NCBI GenBank assembly: GCA_044892525.1
Contig: CM097885.1
Coordinates: 6,822,001 to 6,882,000, forward strand
Direction: 5' to 3'
Source: Schmidtea polychroa
Taxonomy: Eukaryota
Length of the DNA stretch: 60,000 nt
In this document: positions 28,560 to 44,000 of the stretch, in pieces
Numbering within the stretch: position 1 is the stretch's first letter
Layout: every line of letters starts with the position of its first letter
Notes under the pieces: model-generated
Seen by the model: only the letters and a program-made list of their open reading frames with translations
Database searches by the model: none
Told to the model about the DNA's origin: nothing
Position numbers and translations under genes: made by a program

Positions 28560-30370
28560 CTCTATCAACCAAATCCTGATGCAGAATTAGATTCAACACT
28601 TTCAAAGGTTTGCCACAAAATCATGGAGATAGTTGAGAAGGACAAAAGAAAACCATATCTCTCAAACATAACGAAAGAGGAACAAGCACTATTAAAATCC
28701 CTTTAAAAGAAACCATACGTTTACGTAACAAGTGACAAGGGGAGAATTTTGCATTATAGAGAAATTTTGTTACTGTGAAGCTGGTTATGAACACTTCGGC
28801 AACATCGAAACATACAAGAGAGTCAGCCGCATGTCACCAAACACCATCGAAATGACGATTAACAAAGTATGGAAAGCCATTGCTTTGGAAATGAAGCTCA
28901 ACAACAAAATAACCAACAGCTTCGTCACAAAGCATTCTGATCTTCCCAATTTCAACCATCTAATTAAAATTCACAAAGAGGGTCCTGCTATCAAAATAAG
29001 ACCTAAAGTGTCCAACACAAATGGATCAACATCTGAAACAAGTTGGCGCCTTGCAAAGATCTTGAAACCATTATTTGACACGATACCACATCATTTTCAA
29101 AGCGGCGACTGCCTCATGACAAGATAAAATAATAACATAATTTCTCATAGAGAATTCAGATACCCATTCAGTCTTGATGTCGTATCACTATACACATCTA
29201 TCGATCCAAAAGATGCTATTCAATGTTTAGAAAAGAAATTTTAAAAAAATAAAAAAAAATAAGAGAAAGCAACTTGTTAATAAAGGAAATGAATACCGAG
29301 AATACTGAGCAAAATATCTATAAACAAGCTAAAGGTCTGCCTATGGGTTCTAGCATATCAGGATTGCTAGCAATCATCTTTATGGATAACCTCGAACGAC
29401 AGACACTGAGTACCATACAACCCATCGGTTTCTATGCAAGATATGTTGATGATATCTTCATCACGACCAAAACCAGAAAAGAAGCGGAGGAAATATTTCA
29501 TACATTCAATGCGGCTCACCGAGATATTAAGTTCGAAATCGAATATCCGGAAGAAGATGGATTAATCAATCTACTGGATTTAAAAATTAAAATAGAAGTA
29601 GATACTCCAGCATTCGGGTTTTACAGAAAATCCACTCGCAAAAAAATATTTATGCACCAAAGATCAGCGCTTCCATACTTAAAGAAAGTACACGTGCTAT
29701 AAAACGAGAAACAAAGGATACCCAATCGATGTACTGAAGAAAACTAAAACTATAATCAACAAATAAACTTCAATGAAATCCTATACAGAAACATATATCA
29801 AGGTAAGGACATTGAAAGAATGAATTCTACTCCAGAAATATCTAAGGAAATAACACACAAAATGAAAAAGAAATATTTTTATCTGAATATCCCATACATT
29901 AATTACATACTCGACTTCAAGATCCTAAATGAACTGAAACGCACTAGCCTTCCAATTCGTATACCACATAAATCTTGGACATTGAGAAAAGCTCTTGAAA
30001 AGAACACAAAAAAACAATTGCAAACGGAAAACTTTCAGACACCGAAAGATCTGTGCTTTCGAAAAAACATTGTCTATTGATTCACGTGCGATGTATAAAA
30101 GGAAATATACATTGGAAGCCCGCTCAGGACCTTGTACCAAAGAGTTAAAGAACATCTAGATCCTTGTGGAAAATCCTCGGTATACAGATATCTCCAACAA
30201 AGTCAACCAAGAAATGAAAGAAAAAATAATTTAATCAAAATCTTAGCGGCTAAGACTTAGCCAATGGAAACATCACAAAAAATTTCAGATTTAAGGAAGC
30301 AATTCTCATAATAAACAGACGGCCAACTATCAACACTAAAGAAGAAATCATTGAAATCATCAGTTTGATT
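28560..30370 (+). mobile_element. Decayed Penelope-like retroelement (RT plus GIY-YIG endonuclease)
   Basis: KIHK..KIRP, SLDVVSLYTSI, YKQAKGLPMGSSISGLLA, YARYVDDIF, LLDLKI, then NIVY...YIG and QRVKEH; multiple stops. Confidence 0.88.
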
Positions 30371-30961
30371 TGTTGTTACTTACCTTGAGAAAAGTTTTTA
30401 AAAAATTAAATTAAAAATTAAAAATAATAATATAAAATAATATAGAAAAATAGATAAAATATAATTTTAGAAGATCATTAGTATTTAAAAATCAAAATAG
30501 AAACATTTTTTTAAATATTTAAATTCCGTATATAAATAGTTATTGGAAACTATATTTTATAAATATTTTAAGATAGTATTTATTAAATTAGGTTTCTACG
30601 AGCTAATTATAGAAGCTTTAAAAATTTAAAAATTTTTCCTTGTTAGTCGTTTTGAATTTTAAAGGATATTTAATTAAAACATCTTTAGAAATTTTATATG
30701 CTTGAGAAAAAAGTTTATTATTATTATTGACCAATGAGAAGTAAAAAAAAGGAAATAAAAATTAAAGAGCTTTTTTGAAAATAAAAGAAGCTAAAATCCA
30801 TGAAATTGAAAAGGACTATCTTATATTTGAAATTTTTTCATTTGTATTAAATATATTATTCGTAGCAAAGGGCTTAAATTATCATTTAATTGTTTAAATT
30901 TTAATTAATGCTGCTACCAAGTAATCATCAATTTATAATTATCTCACTTGAATAAAATAAA

Positions 30962-31407
30962 CAGTACAAGCTTTGTGATAACCAGTGCAAATCCCAACAG
31001 TAGACTAGTTTAGAGCTTTTGGCTCTCATCAATACTATCAAGATTTCTCTTTGCGCCAGGTAAGTATACAATATTGCTGATTCAACTCTATTGCATACTT
31101 TCCCCGGTACACTGGAAATCACATCATTTGCAAATTAGCTTGGTCACAAAAAATCTGTAAACTTGTAAGCATGGCCTATGAAAAATCATAATCACCTCTG
31201 CGGACTAAAAAATTAGTCGATACACAGAAACTGTTTACAAGTTCATCCGATTACTTTTAGCATTTTTAACTTATAAAATAATGTTGTAACATTTTTTGTC
31301 GGATGTCTCACTTGAAACTTTAACGTCTCCTACATAGTACTGATGAGAGTCAAGAGCTCGAATTTCTACTATTGGGGTTTGCACTGGGTATCACAAAGCT
31401 TGTACTG
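30962..31407. mobile_element. MITE with ~75-bp TIRs (Tc1/mariner-like CAGT ends)
   Basis: CAGTACAAGCTTTGTGATA.CCAGTGCAAA.CCCAA... is mirrored by ...TTGGGGTTTGCACTGGGTATCACAAAGCTTGTACTG; TA TSD not intact. Confidence 0.75.
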
Positions 31408-31408
31408 T

Positions 31409-31581
<173 letters not shown>

Positions 31582-33308
31582 TTTATTAATTGGGGGAAAA
31601 CAGTTTATAAATTATTTCTATTAAAACAATTATAGTTGTCGTTTTAAAGAAAGTTTTTGGTTACGATAAATTGTTATTTTTTTAACGGTTGTTGAGAATT
31701 AAGTTACAGCAAAATTCTGTAATAAATACTTAATTAGTAAAAGTTTTCAATTTTCTATAAGAATTTCGTCTGAAAAGATTTGTTTTAATTAAGTTGATGA
31801 GATAAGTATCTTATGCTGGATATCTAATTGACGCTTTTTTGAAATATTTTCATAATTAAAATAATTTTATTTGTTTTAATTAATGATATTTATGTGGGAC
31901 TGTGAATTGTCATTGGACAAAGAACTTTATTAAGTATGTATATATATTTTTTCGATCTTAATTGAATTGTTATTATTTTGTTTAAACAAAGAGTTCATTT
32001 CATGCCAAGAAACATTAATATAAAGATTAAAAAGGTCTTTCCAGACATTTGAAAGTCATGAAGAAAAGAACTTCTGAAAATGTTCATTTTATAATATTTT
32101 TATTCTGGGTACAAATGATAATTTGTTTTAATAAAAATGAAATTAGAGAAAAAGAAAGCAATTGTATTACCGACAGAGATCATTCAGATTGAAAAAGTCA
32201 TTTTCATTGTAGCACTTAACATGGTACATAGAAGGCTTTCCATTTTCATTAAATATAATAGCTTATACTGTTATAATTTTCATATACTATTGTTGTGAGG
32301 AGAGAATTTTGACTTTTCTTTTTTTATAACAAATAACATGTAAAACATAGAACATTGCATTTTCCTCTTTATCGTAGGTAACTCCACCACCAACCTTTTA
32401 TTTCAAAATTGATGCGCTTTACAACTCTCCTTTTAATACATTCTCAATACATACTTTTAATAAATTTGTAATTATTAACTTCCTTTAAATTTGCTGGGAT
32501 TTAACTGTATTTTATCCCTCCTTTGATAAGGTTCTCTCTGGATCAAGCATTTATTAAATTGCATTATCTGACTAAAATCATCTAACTCTTTGCCTGTTTG
32601 TTATATCAACTAATTAATTAATTATTTTGTATTTTTGATATAACCTTTACTAAGGACCCACTATCGATTTGAAATTATTATATTCATTTTGTCTTTTCAT
32701 TTGCCTCCTGCATTTCCCTCAAAAAATATTGATTTTTACATTTTTTGTTTTGTACAAAATTCTCTATACATTTTCCATTAATTTATACAATCCCTGCAAT
32801 ATTGTATTTATTTAAGTTGCGTTGGAAGTACTTTTTATTTATACCATTCATTAAATTGTCACTTTTGGATAGGATGAATTTCCCTAAATTTCCCTAATGT
32901 CAAAACATACACGAAGTCAATCAAAATATGAAATATTCTCTACTAATATTAAACAATATTTTGATATTATAACAGAAATATGTAATTTTATTCAATTTAA
33001 AATAATTACAAATTGAAGTTGGGTTATTGCTACATTTCTAACTGTTCTAAGTGCAAAATGCTCCTACATTTCGTTATAAAGAAGTTTGTATCATGTTAAG
33101 TGAAAAAATATAGCGAAATAATTCAGATCTGAAATTTACGGAGGCTTTACTTATCAGAAAATTAATTACATAAATTTATTTATTATTCAACAAACAAATA
33201 TTTTCATTTATTAAAATGATTTCTTGTTAGCATCATAAATTAAATGTTAAACAAGGGACATAATATTAGGGATTATCATATAATTTACTTGTTTGAAAAT
33301 TTTTATAA

Positions 33309-33328
33309 CAATAATAATAATAATAATA

Positions 33329-33373
<45 letters not shown>
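33309..33373. repeat. (AAT)n-(ATT)n fold-back microsatellite
   Basis: Direct reading. Confidence 0.9.
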
Positions 33374-35036
33374 GTAAAGAAGAATAATAAATAAATATTA
33401 CACAATTAATCAAAAAAACCTGTTACATAATAACATGTCAAAATCGTAGTTTCAAGATCAGAGTTTATTTATGATGTTTGATGCTAGTTTTTGAATATTG
33501 TAATATATGTATTTGTGCAGATATTTTGTATCAATAATTATTAAACCAATAAACTTCCTTTTAGATATCATGCAATGAAGAGCTATATAATGATGTGTTT
33601 CTAATTAACAATTATTATTATTATTATTTTCTAATAATTTTATTATGAGCAATTATAATATTTTATTTCTTTGATTCAAGTTCGTGTAGTTTAATGTATA
33701 TTTTTGTATGTATTGCACTGCACATTTTTGCATTACTATTAATTAATTAAATTATTTATATATTTATTTTATTTATATTTATTTTACAAAAATCGAGTAG
33801 CAGTAAAAGTAATTAATTGAAAATTAAAATTAGAAGTTGCTGTCATATTCAATTTATTATAAATAAAGAATTATTTTTATGTGGAGACATTCCGATATTA
33901 CCGGTTTGACTTTAATTGCTTCATGTCTATTATTTATAGCTGCATTTATCCCCAATATTATTGGGTTTTTTTTAATTGAAAATTTTCAAACACAGTGGCT
34001 GAGTTGTTACTGATATGTTGGTTTCTGGAGGATAATAATTAATTTCCCAAAATTTCCTCCAACAACTCATCATTCCATGCCAGACAATCCAATCTGGTAA
34101 ATTATTATTCTTGTTGTTATTTGTGGAGAATTTTAAATTTTAAACTTTTCTGTCTGTGAAAAGGACAAATTTTCTGTTCTGACATATCTTTCAGTTTTTT
34201 TATTAGAATTTATTTTGTAGGCCTTTCTCTCTATTAGGAATTGACTTTATATATTTCCCTGTTTGTTAATGTTTTGGTTTTGTTATGTTATTCGAATTTT
34301 TCTGTAAAGTTTGTGAAATATTGCTTCTTTTGATACTAGTTCTTTATAAAATATGTTATCCAAAATTGCAAGATAAGCATGTTTTTTCGTACACTTTGTA
34401 CAAACACTTGTAAGAATATTTTTTTTATAATATACTTTGCTTTTTTAATTAAATATATAGTTATTTACTAGGAAGGATTCTTTTAATTTTGCAATAAAAG
34501 CTAGGCATAGGAAAATGAGTTTATAAAGGATGTACTGGTATTGAGCTACGTGTATGTCAGGTGATTTTAAGACGAAAGAGTCGTATAGATATAATTCTCT
34601 GGTTATTTCTAGTCTGTCTTTATTTTGTGTTTAAATTGTATTTATATATAATTGCATAAAAAAAGAAAAAAAACATTTAAAACAGATAAGAGAAAGCTAT
34701 TGGAAATATAGCAATGATCAAGTTTTATATTTTTATTTGAAGACATTGAAGTATAAAGTGGTATTAATAAACAAAATTTGAAACCTAGTAAGGAAATTTC
34801 AATTCAAAGTCCGCAACAATTATCTACACAAATAGCTAGTGTAGTCTTAACATCCCTAATTCTTGTATTAGTGCATTGTCATTTGTGAAGTAACTGTAAT
34901 TGGATATTTGATTGCCTTGATCTTTATTTTATATTTATTATTGAATATTAATGTTGTCATGTTAGTTTGGTAAATATTAAATGACTAAATCCTTAAATTT
35001 TGTTATTGTTTAGTAATGATTCAAATTATAAATAAT

Positions 35037-35244
35037 AGTACTGAGGGTTCTACCCCTCTAACGTAAAGACCCCAGATAAGAATCACATTGTCAGACCACG
35101 TACACCATTAAATTAAAAAATAAAAAACTTAGTACCTATGAAAAACTTACTGCCTAGTATTTAGTAAAAACCAATTACTCGATAAATAATTTATTAATTT
35201 GATGAAAATGGCTTTGGGCTGGAGGAGGTAGAACCCTCACTAAT
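35037..35244. mobile_element. Small TIR element with decayed AGTAGTGAGG-type ends
   Basis: Left AGTACTGAGGGTTCTACCCCTC; right end revcomp ATTAGTGAGGGTTCTACCTCCTC. Confidence 0.65.
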
Positions 35245-36249
35245 TGGAAAAAAATAATAATTTTATTGACTTGGAAAATATTTGGGAAAAGTTCTTGGAA
35301 AATTTTGGGACTTATTTGAGTCACTTAGATATATCTTCACTACTCCATTTCTTGAGACTTGGAAAATTCTCTGATTTGCACCTGCGCAAATATTATCGCT
35401 ATAAAAATGTATTTTTGCAAACCTTTTAATAAATATATTTCAAAATCTCATTAAGTGAAACATGAAAGAACCCAAGGTTCAAAAAATAAAATGTGGTGGG
35501 ATCTACAACAAGTGAGATAATAATCATTATACATTTCCAAATCATTCTTTTCTTGTATAATTTCAACCAAATCATTTCAATGAGGAAATGTTGTTGTTAA
35601 ATCAGACAAAATACATTTTTTGTTATCATAGTTTTCCAAAGAAGATTTTTATGATTTTTGTAATAACATCTCATGATTTTTAGAATTTAAATTATAAATA
35701 ATATCCATACTTTTTTCAGAAAATGGTTTGAAGCAATCTAAATAATTTTGATGAGTTATTTTTTATTTTATGTTTTACACATTTTTTATTCCTTTATTTT
35801 TATTTTCTTCGCCTTAAAAACATTTGAGAGAATATTGTTTAGCTCGGTCTACGACCTCATCAACAGAGATGACTTTATTGGTAAATTTCCCTACTACTTT
35901 TCAAAAAAAAATATTTTTAAAATTAATAAAAATTTAAAGTGTAAAAAACAACAGCTTAGATAGCACAGTGGGAATCTATTTAACAAACATCAATAATAAA
36001 CATGGTTCAAATTCCAAGTAAAACTATTTTTATAAACAAATTTCAATGTTTCTGTTTTAATATAACAACTATTTTATAATTTGTTTTACTATTATAAAAT
36101 AAATATTTTGTGTATTTTGTGTGTATTAGTATTTCTTTTAATTAACTTACAAAATAAATATGAAAAAATAATTTTTTGAACCGAGTGTGGTGGCGAAACT
36201 GGAGACATCGCCACAACTCTTTCCAACACACCTGGGATTGATCCCTGAA

Positions 36250-36620
36250 TTGTTTGAATTTCTTTCAAACAGTTTTGATTCAAAATTTTCTAAACGTTGA
36301 AATAACTTGATTTATGCTATTCACAACGATCTGTTGGCAAAGTATTTGAGGATTTTCTTTCAAGCATTCTTAAAATGGTTCCCTCGGATTCATGTGTTCA
36401 AACGGATAGTGGCCTATCACAGTCAATTAAATTTTGCTAAAACTTCCCAGTATCATGTAAGTGTTGACGGACTTTGTTAAATATTCTTCTTCTTTATATC
36501 TGCGATTTTGTAAAGCTTCTTCATATAATTATCTTACTTAACCCTTAATAACCTAGAGTTTCAATTTTGATACCAATCTTTTAAACCGAATGTTCACATT
36601 ACTATTAGTTTTTTTTATAG
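36250..36620 (-). pseudogene. Possible remnant of a Tc1/mariner-related (DUF4817-like HTH) transposase N-terminus
   Basis: Minus-strand RRIFNKVRQHLHDTGKF...DCDRPLSV...ILRMLEENP; recognised from memory only. Confidence 0.4.
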
Positions 36621-37239
36621 GTTGGCTGTTCGTATTTTACTGTTGTATAATATTCTTTCCGACGAAATTAAAAAAAAACAAATGTCATTATTGTTTTATT
36701 TTATCTATGACATATTACTTGCGCGGCAAAGTGAACAAATAAACACATTTTACTAAAAGTTTTGTTGAATACAAATTTTATATATTTTCTTTTTCTGAAG
36801 AATATAAATACTTTTGAGGTAAGTGAATATATTATTTTTCCTATGATATAATTACTTTTTGCGAGTGCATGTTTTACTTGAAGAAACTAGTGCTATTTTT
36901 GTGAGTACCAATTTTGATACTTCAGGCATTCCGCCCTACATAAAACCTACCTACTAATTCTTTAGCTATAAAAACTTTTTGAACTTCCGTTTCATTATTT
37001 TTCTGCATAGCTTGGTGTTGGAATTACTTTTATTTTTATTTTATTATAGAAATTTATCAAAAATGCGACCAGAATAGATGAAGAGAATATTGAAGCGGTT
37101 AGAAAATGGTGAAATTTCGGAAGACGATTCCACCGACAATGAAGATGACATAGACTATTAGTAGTATGATTGGAGCTCCCCAGGCCAGGAGCTCCCCCGG
37201 CCACATATACCCCCTCCCCCCCCCGGGAAATTTTTTTTT

Positions 37240-38182
37240 AAATAAAAGGTCAAGGTCATTTATTTTTTTTTAATTTTTTGTTTTAATTAATTGGCCGGGA
37301 GGGCTCACACTTTTTTTCATCCCAAAAATTAATGTTTCTGCCAACATATTATATTGATCGATAGCTTATTTTAAAGCTCAGTCCAAGACCTTTCGAATGA
37401 GCTATAGGTATCATATATATCTTTAATAGTTTTAATGTTATTAACAATTGATGACCACCTTTTCAACGTTAAATTATTATTATTTTCCAAAATATTATTA
37501 ATTGGCCGGGCGGGCTCACACTTTTTTTCATCCCAAAAATAAATGTTTCTGCCAACAGATTTTATTGGACGATAGCTCATCTTAAAGCTCTATGCAACAC
37601 CTTTCGAATAAGCTAATGAAGGTATCATCATCATTAACATCGGCAAAGTTATTAACGTTTTCCCGAGACCATTTTTCAAGGTCATTTATTATTTTCAAGG
37701 TCAAATTTTTAAATAAAAGGTCAAGGTCATTTATTTTCTCAAGGTCATTTATTATTTTCAAAGTCATTTATTTTTTCAAGGTCATTTAATTTTTCAAGGT
37801 CATTTATTTTTTCAAGGTCATTTAATTTTAATTATGTGGCCGGGAGGGCTCACACTTTTTTTCATCCCAAAAATTAATGTTCCCACCAACAGATTTTATT
37901 GGACGATACCTTATTTTAAAGCTCTGTGCAAGACCTTTCTAATGAGATATAGATTTCTATCATACAATGACTCATCACATTTTTAGAACAAAGACAGTGA
38001 CTCATACGATGACACATCACATTTTTAGAACGATGACTCATCAAGGTCAAGGTCAAATTTTTAATAAAAGGTCAAGGTCAAGGTCATTTATTATTTTCAA
38101 GGTCATTTATTTTTTCAAGGTCATTTATTTTTTCAAGGTCATTTAATTTTTCAAGGTCATTTATTTTTTCAAGGTCATTTAT
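37240..38182. repeat. Compound tandem array: three ~210-330 bp units plus ~18-19 bp TCAAGGTCATTTA repeats
   Basis: GGCCGGG(A/C)GGGCTCACACTTTTTTTCATCCCAAAAAT at ~37293, ~37504 and ~37837; many TCAAGGTCATTT copies at 37675-37825 and 38040-38182. Confidence 0.9.
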
Positions 38183-38337
38183 TATTATTATTATAATTAT
38201 TATTATTATTATTATTATATATAATCTATCCGACAAAATATTCTGTCCCACTATGGGTACTGCACACAAATGTACTTCTCACATTCAACAAGTCACAATG
38301 GTACTGTTCACAATGCTACTGGTAAATATATTCAAGA

Positions 38338-38575
38338 CAAAACCTAAAATATTTTTTACACACACATGCACAACCCATTAACAATTATTATTGTAAATAT
38401 TAGTGAAAAACCTAAAATATTATTTACACACACACACAACCCATTAAACTTTATTATTATTATTATTGAAAAACCTAAAATATTTTTTACACACACGCAA
38501 TCCATTAACAATCATTATTATCAATATTAGTGAAAACCTAAAATATTTTCTACACACATATACAACCCATTAAAC

Positions 38576-38645
<70 letters not shown>

Positions 38646-38688
38646 GAAAAACCTAAAATATGGTTTACACACACACAACCCATTAACA

Positions 38689-38738
<50 letters not shown>

Positions 38739-38929
38739 AATTATTATTATTATTATTGCAAATATTAGTCAAAAACATAAAAACACACACACAACCCATT
38801 AAACTTTATTATTATTATTATTGAAAACCTAAAATATTTTTTACACACACGCAATCCATTAACAATCATTATTATCAATATGAGTGAAAACCTAAAATAT
38901 TTTCTACACACATATACAACCCATTAAAC

Positions 38930-38996
<67 letters not shown>

Positions 38997-39063
38997 GAAA
39001 AACCTAAAATATGGTTTACACACACACAACCCATTAACAATTATTATTATTATTATTATTATA

Positions 39064-39099
<36 letters not shown>

Positions 39100-39208
39100 G
39101 CAAATATTAGTCAAAAACATAAAAACACACACACAACCCATTAACAATTATTATTATCAATATTAGTGAAAACCTAAAACATTTTCCACACACACAACCC
39201 ATTAAACT

Positions 39209-39282
<74 letters not shown>

Positions 39283-39315
39283 ATTAGTCAAAAACCTAAA
39301 ATAATTTTTACACAC
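38338..39315. repeat. Minisatellite GAAAACCTAAAATATT..(CA)n ACCCATTAA (ATT)n, more than a dozen units with higher-order duplication
   Basis: Direct reading. Confidence 0.92.
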
Positions 39316-41005
39316 TAAGTTATGGGGTAGAGAATTATTATATGTTTGCAATATTTTGTGTTTGCCTATACAGGAAGTTGTCAATAAGGAGCGATAATTT
39401 TATACATACATTCTATATACACATACCTTGTTTAACATGGGTGTATATACTCCTAGTCTATCCGACAAAATATTCTGTCCCCCTATGGGTATTGCTCACA
39501 AAGGTACTACTCACACTCAACATATCGCAAGGGTATATCAATTATGGTTAGTAAATAAAACCTATCACACACACTTTTATATTTAAACGATAAAAATCAA
39601 GACAAGAGAGGACAAGGCAAAGTTTATGCATTTAGTATTGCCAGGCCTAATGAGCAGTGATCAAATATCTGTGCCTGAAAGACACGGTGGATATTTGTTC
39701 GCGTCCACAAGGGTCGTCTGTGCCTCCCCCAAGTGGGGTCAGAAGAACCTGGGCATTATAGTTTTCTGTATGGAACATTACGCATAGCATGGGTAGTCAA
39801 CTACCAGCACATTCGAAACGTATAATTTCAAAATACATGCGTCATTGGCACTATAACCAAATTAATTAATGTTTTCACTAACACAAATATATATTTACAG
39901 AGGCCTCCCACTAGTTGGATTACAACCGCCCACCACGACGATCAGCTTGTAAATATATATTAATTAAGGGATAAAGAGGACCCACCCAACCCTATTATAT
40001 TTAATTTACAAATTTTTCTCGCTCTTCTGCTGGTAATCTATCTCAAAATTATCATCTCCATCGGGCCATTTGGAATACATCTTGCAAATTGGACGTATTT
40101 CTTAGTTTCTGATGCGGCGTCCACTATCATTGCTAAAATTTATATTGATTTAAAAGCAATTAACTTACATTATCTAACATTTTATCGTCACAAATTAAAT
40201 TCTGTCTGACTATTAGGCAACTGTTATTTGTGGTATACTTTTTCAATGTCATTTCCCACCATAAAACACAGATACGTAAATATAATATATATATTTTAAA
40301 AGATTAATTCATGTCTTACATTAATAATAATATTCTTCAGGTAGTACTTTACAATATCTAATTGCTAAAACATCGGTTTTTCCCATTTTTCTTGACATTC
40401 GTTGAAAGTTTACATAATTTAAGTCTGATAATTCATGTTGAAGGACACCCACAATCAGCTAATTCATTTAAGAAATCCAGAACATAGCAATGTTTCACCA
40501 TTTTGCCTGGTTCATTTTCTTCTATAATTCATGTTTTAATAAGAAATCTCTAAATCCAGAACATAAGTCATTTAGTGTTTCACCATTTTGTTCATCTTCT
40601 TCATAATCATATAATTCATTTTCTTCATTACTAAGTAAAATAATTAAAATATTTTAGTAAATTCTTTATTTATTTACTTTATGGATACTAAAACGAAAGA
40701 AATAACGTTATATCAGAATTATATTTAAATAATTTAAATTTAGTTATTTAAACATATTTAAACATTAATATTATTATATAGTATAATTTTATATAATTTT
40801 ATATAATATTATAATATTATAATTTTATGTACACTTATATATCCTTAATTTAATTTTTTAAATTCAAAAATTTATAATGAAGATTCTTTGAATTAAAAAA
40901 TATTCTGTTAGTATTTCCAGGCAGAAAACAACGAATTCAATAATTAAAATCTTAATTTTCATGTTGTTAGGGTTGTGGCCAGAAGTTAATCGCCATCTAA
41001 TCGTT

Positions 41006-44000
41006 TGTTCTCAATTTCGCTCATTTTTGTTCAAAACATTCAGGTGAGTTGTTATCTGGAAAGTTTCTTTGAGCTCAGTTTTGTTAAAACACTCACGGTA
41101 TTTTTGAGGGACGTGACACTGGAAATAAATTAACAATAGGTGGTCTTGCATACATGTTGTTGGTTTGAACTGTTGATTTATTTTAGAAATATGTATATTA
41201 AAAACATTTAAGGTATCATTCAGTAAAATAATATAGTATTTTTGAGTATTTTTAGTTGATTTATAAATAACAGTATTTTGATATATCAATAAAGACCATA
41301 TACTCCTAGTTTATCCGACAAAATATTCTGTCCCCCTATGGGTATTGCTAGCAAGGGTACTGGTCACACTCAACAAGTCGCAAGGGTATATTAATCATTT
41401 AGAAATTCTTAGGTAAGATAATCAGAAATTTGTGAATATTTTAAATGTAACTTTACACTTATGTCGAGCGACTAATTTATTGGTTAACCTTTTAGACATT
41501 TAAAGCAAAAGGTAATTTATTCATCTAATGTTCGTTACAATAGTTAATAATATGAGAAAAACATGGTCATTATTCATTGATAATTTTAAATTCTTTATCA
41601 TTTAGAGTAAATTTGTTTGAGGCAAAAATAATTAAAGGAGTCATAATAGAAATATGGTTATCATTTATCCAATTAAGGGGCTAATTAGTTAGAAATATAT
41701 ATTATAAAGTAACAATTATTTTCTAATTTAATTAGATGATCATTAGACGTAATATATCTTTGCGAGAAATTTAAGATGTTTGAGTAACCAAAACATGGAT
41801 ATTTTGTGCGATAAATTTATGAATATTGGTTAATTTTGTTATTTTTAGTCATTTAAAATAATATTTAGCAAAGGTAATTTAGCAAAATATCATTGAAAGA
41901 TTTATCCATCCGATAATAATATTCCTTCAATAGATTTTACCTTTAATATTCAACCGATTTAATTTCTAGAAATCTAATTAAAATCATAAAATTCCTTCAA
42001 TAAAGTTAAATTTTCTTTAGCCGTTGTCGATTTCCAACTTTTAAGTCAATATTTCTCAAGTTTTGTCACTGATGTCCCCACAATGAATAAAATAACTTCT
42101 TAAGTAAATAATTTAAAGCAATAACCTTTGATATCAATCCCAATTAATTCTAAAGATTTCAAATATTTCATTGTGAAAACCAAGTAAATTGATCATTAAC
42201 CCTAAACGACTTAATAAAACAATGGATAATTAATAAAAAACTGGTTCTAAAACATAAATCTAAATTACTGTGCAATAACATTCATCACAACCTAATAAAC
42301 CTTTAAAACGATATAATTTCACAGGAACTATTATTAATTCATAGCTAAATACTGACTATTTCCCTTTAAAATTTTACCAATAAGAACATTGTCGATTTAA
42401 ATAGAGATTTCAAACATTTCCACCTTAACCGATCCCTCACCAAATATTTCTATCATTTTAAACACCCCCTTAAAAATCATATATTACCATCTTAACCAAC
42501 CGACTTTAATATATCAGACCTTTAATATATCAATTCTCTTAAAATCCATAGAAAATTCTTCAAAATATGAATTTTATTTAATTGTTACAGACATCCGTCC
42601 ATTGAAATAATTTAGTATCTAAATTCAAAGAGTCCACTAAAAGATCAAAATTCACTAAAATCAATATTTAACCACATGTATCATCAAATACCTAACTAGA
42701 GATGAAATATATTGATTGATCATAATTCTTCATCGATCCAGCTAATTATATAGCAATTATAACGTGATATATCTTTCAAAATCACAAATTTCAGTATATT
42801 TTACAATAATTTTTACAAAAATTAAATAATAATCACTTGATTATTGTAAAAACTCTAATTATTAACCTAACTGTCATTAAAAATAATTTTTATTTAAAAG
42901 TAAATTTAAAAACAAGTCAATAAAATATAGCAAATTATCAAGAAATTAATTAAATTTGTCTTAGAATTAACACTAAAACGTTAAATTTCAAAATATTCTT
43001 TCAATTATTCACAAAAAGGTTAGTAATAATGTTAGTAAAATCCCGCTAACTCTAAAAATTACCAATGAATTTAATGCTAAATAATAACCAAAAATTTGCC
43101 TAAATAAAATCATTAAAACACACCAGTACCCTTACGAGCAGTACCAATTGTGAGCAGTACCCATAGAGGGAGAAAATATCTTGTCGGATAAACTCAGAGT
43201 ATATATAATAAAACGAATTAACAATAACTCCATCAAATTGAATCAGTCAAATTAACACAAATTTTGATAAAAAATCTTATTCTAAAATGTTAAGAAGCGT
43301 AAAGTCGAAAGATAATTTTAATAACACCGAGATAAATTAACAATATTATTCTCAGGTGGTAAGAATCTTCATTAAAGTTAGGAAATTATTTATTAATCTG
43401 TCATAAAATTATAATAAACTTCAAAGGGGTTAAAATAAGTGTTAGAATAATTCATTATTGGATTATGGAAGGTCAATGAAAATATACTGAGAAGTGGCAT
43501 GGATATATATTAATTTTATTTATTTAAAATTATTTCATAAAATTCATAAATTTCATAAAAATTCATAAAAACGTTCACTTTAATAAAAAAATATTTAATA
43601 CAATTTTAAAAGAAATATTTGCCCGGAGAATATAAATGATAATAATTATTGGGAAATCGAGAATCGGCGGCTATAAGTGATGAGGATATATAAAATTATT
43701 TCTATTATATGAGCTACTAAAGAATTAAAATATTTTAATAATGCGATAAACTTTTATTTAATAAAGTATTTAATCCCAAATGATTATTTTATTACATAAG
43801 AAACCGTGAAGGGTATTTGACAGAGTAATTATGATAAATTCATATTTTAAATTTTGATTAAGTCCTTTAATATTAGCAATTATTATTAAATTTACTATTT
43901 TACACTAAATATTTCATTTCACTTTAATGAAGATTCTTACCACCTGAGAATAATATTGTTAATTTATCTCGGTGTTATTAAAATTATCTTTCGACTTTAC

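Noticed and set aside
33940..34600. Possible LINE 3' fragment on the minus strand
   Set aside because: Too degenerate to support.
38338..39315. CRISPR-like or telomeric array
   Set aside because: Spacers are microsatellites rather than unique sequence, no cas genes, eukaryotic context, and no true TTAGGG tracts.
41011..41289. 92-aa ORF duplicated at 46010-46288
   Set aside because: Duplicated only because of the palindrome; non-ATG start and no motifs.
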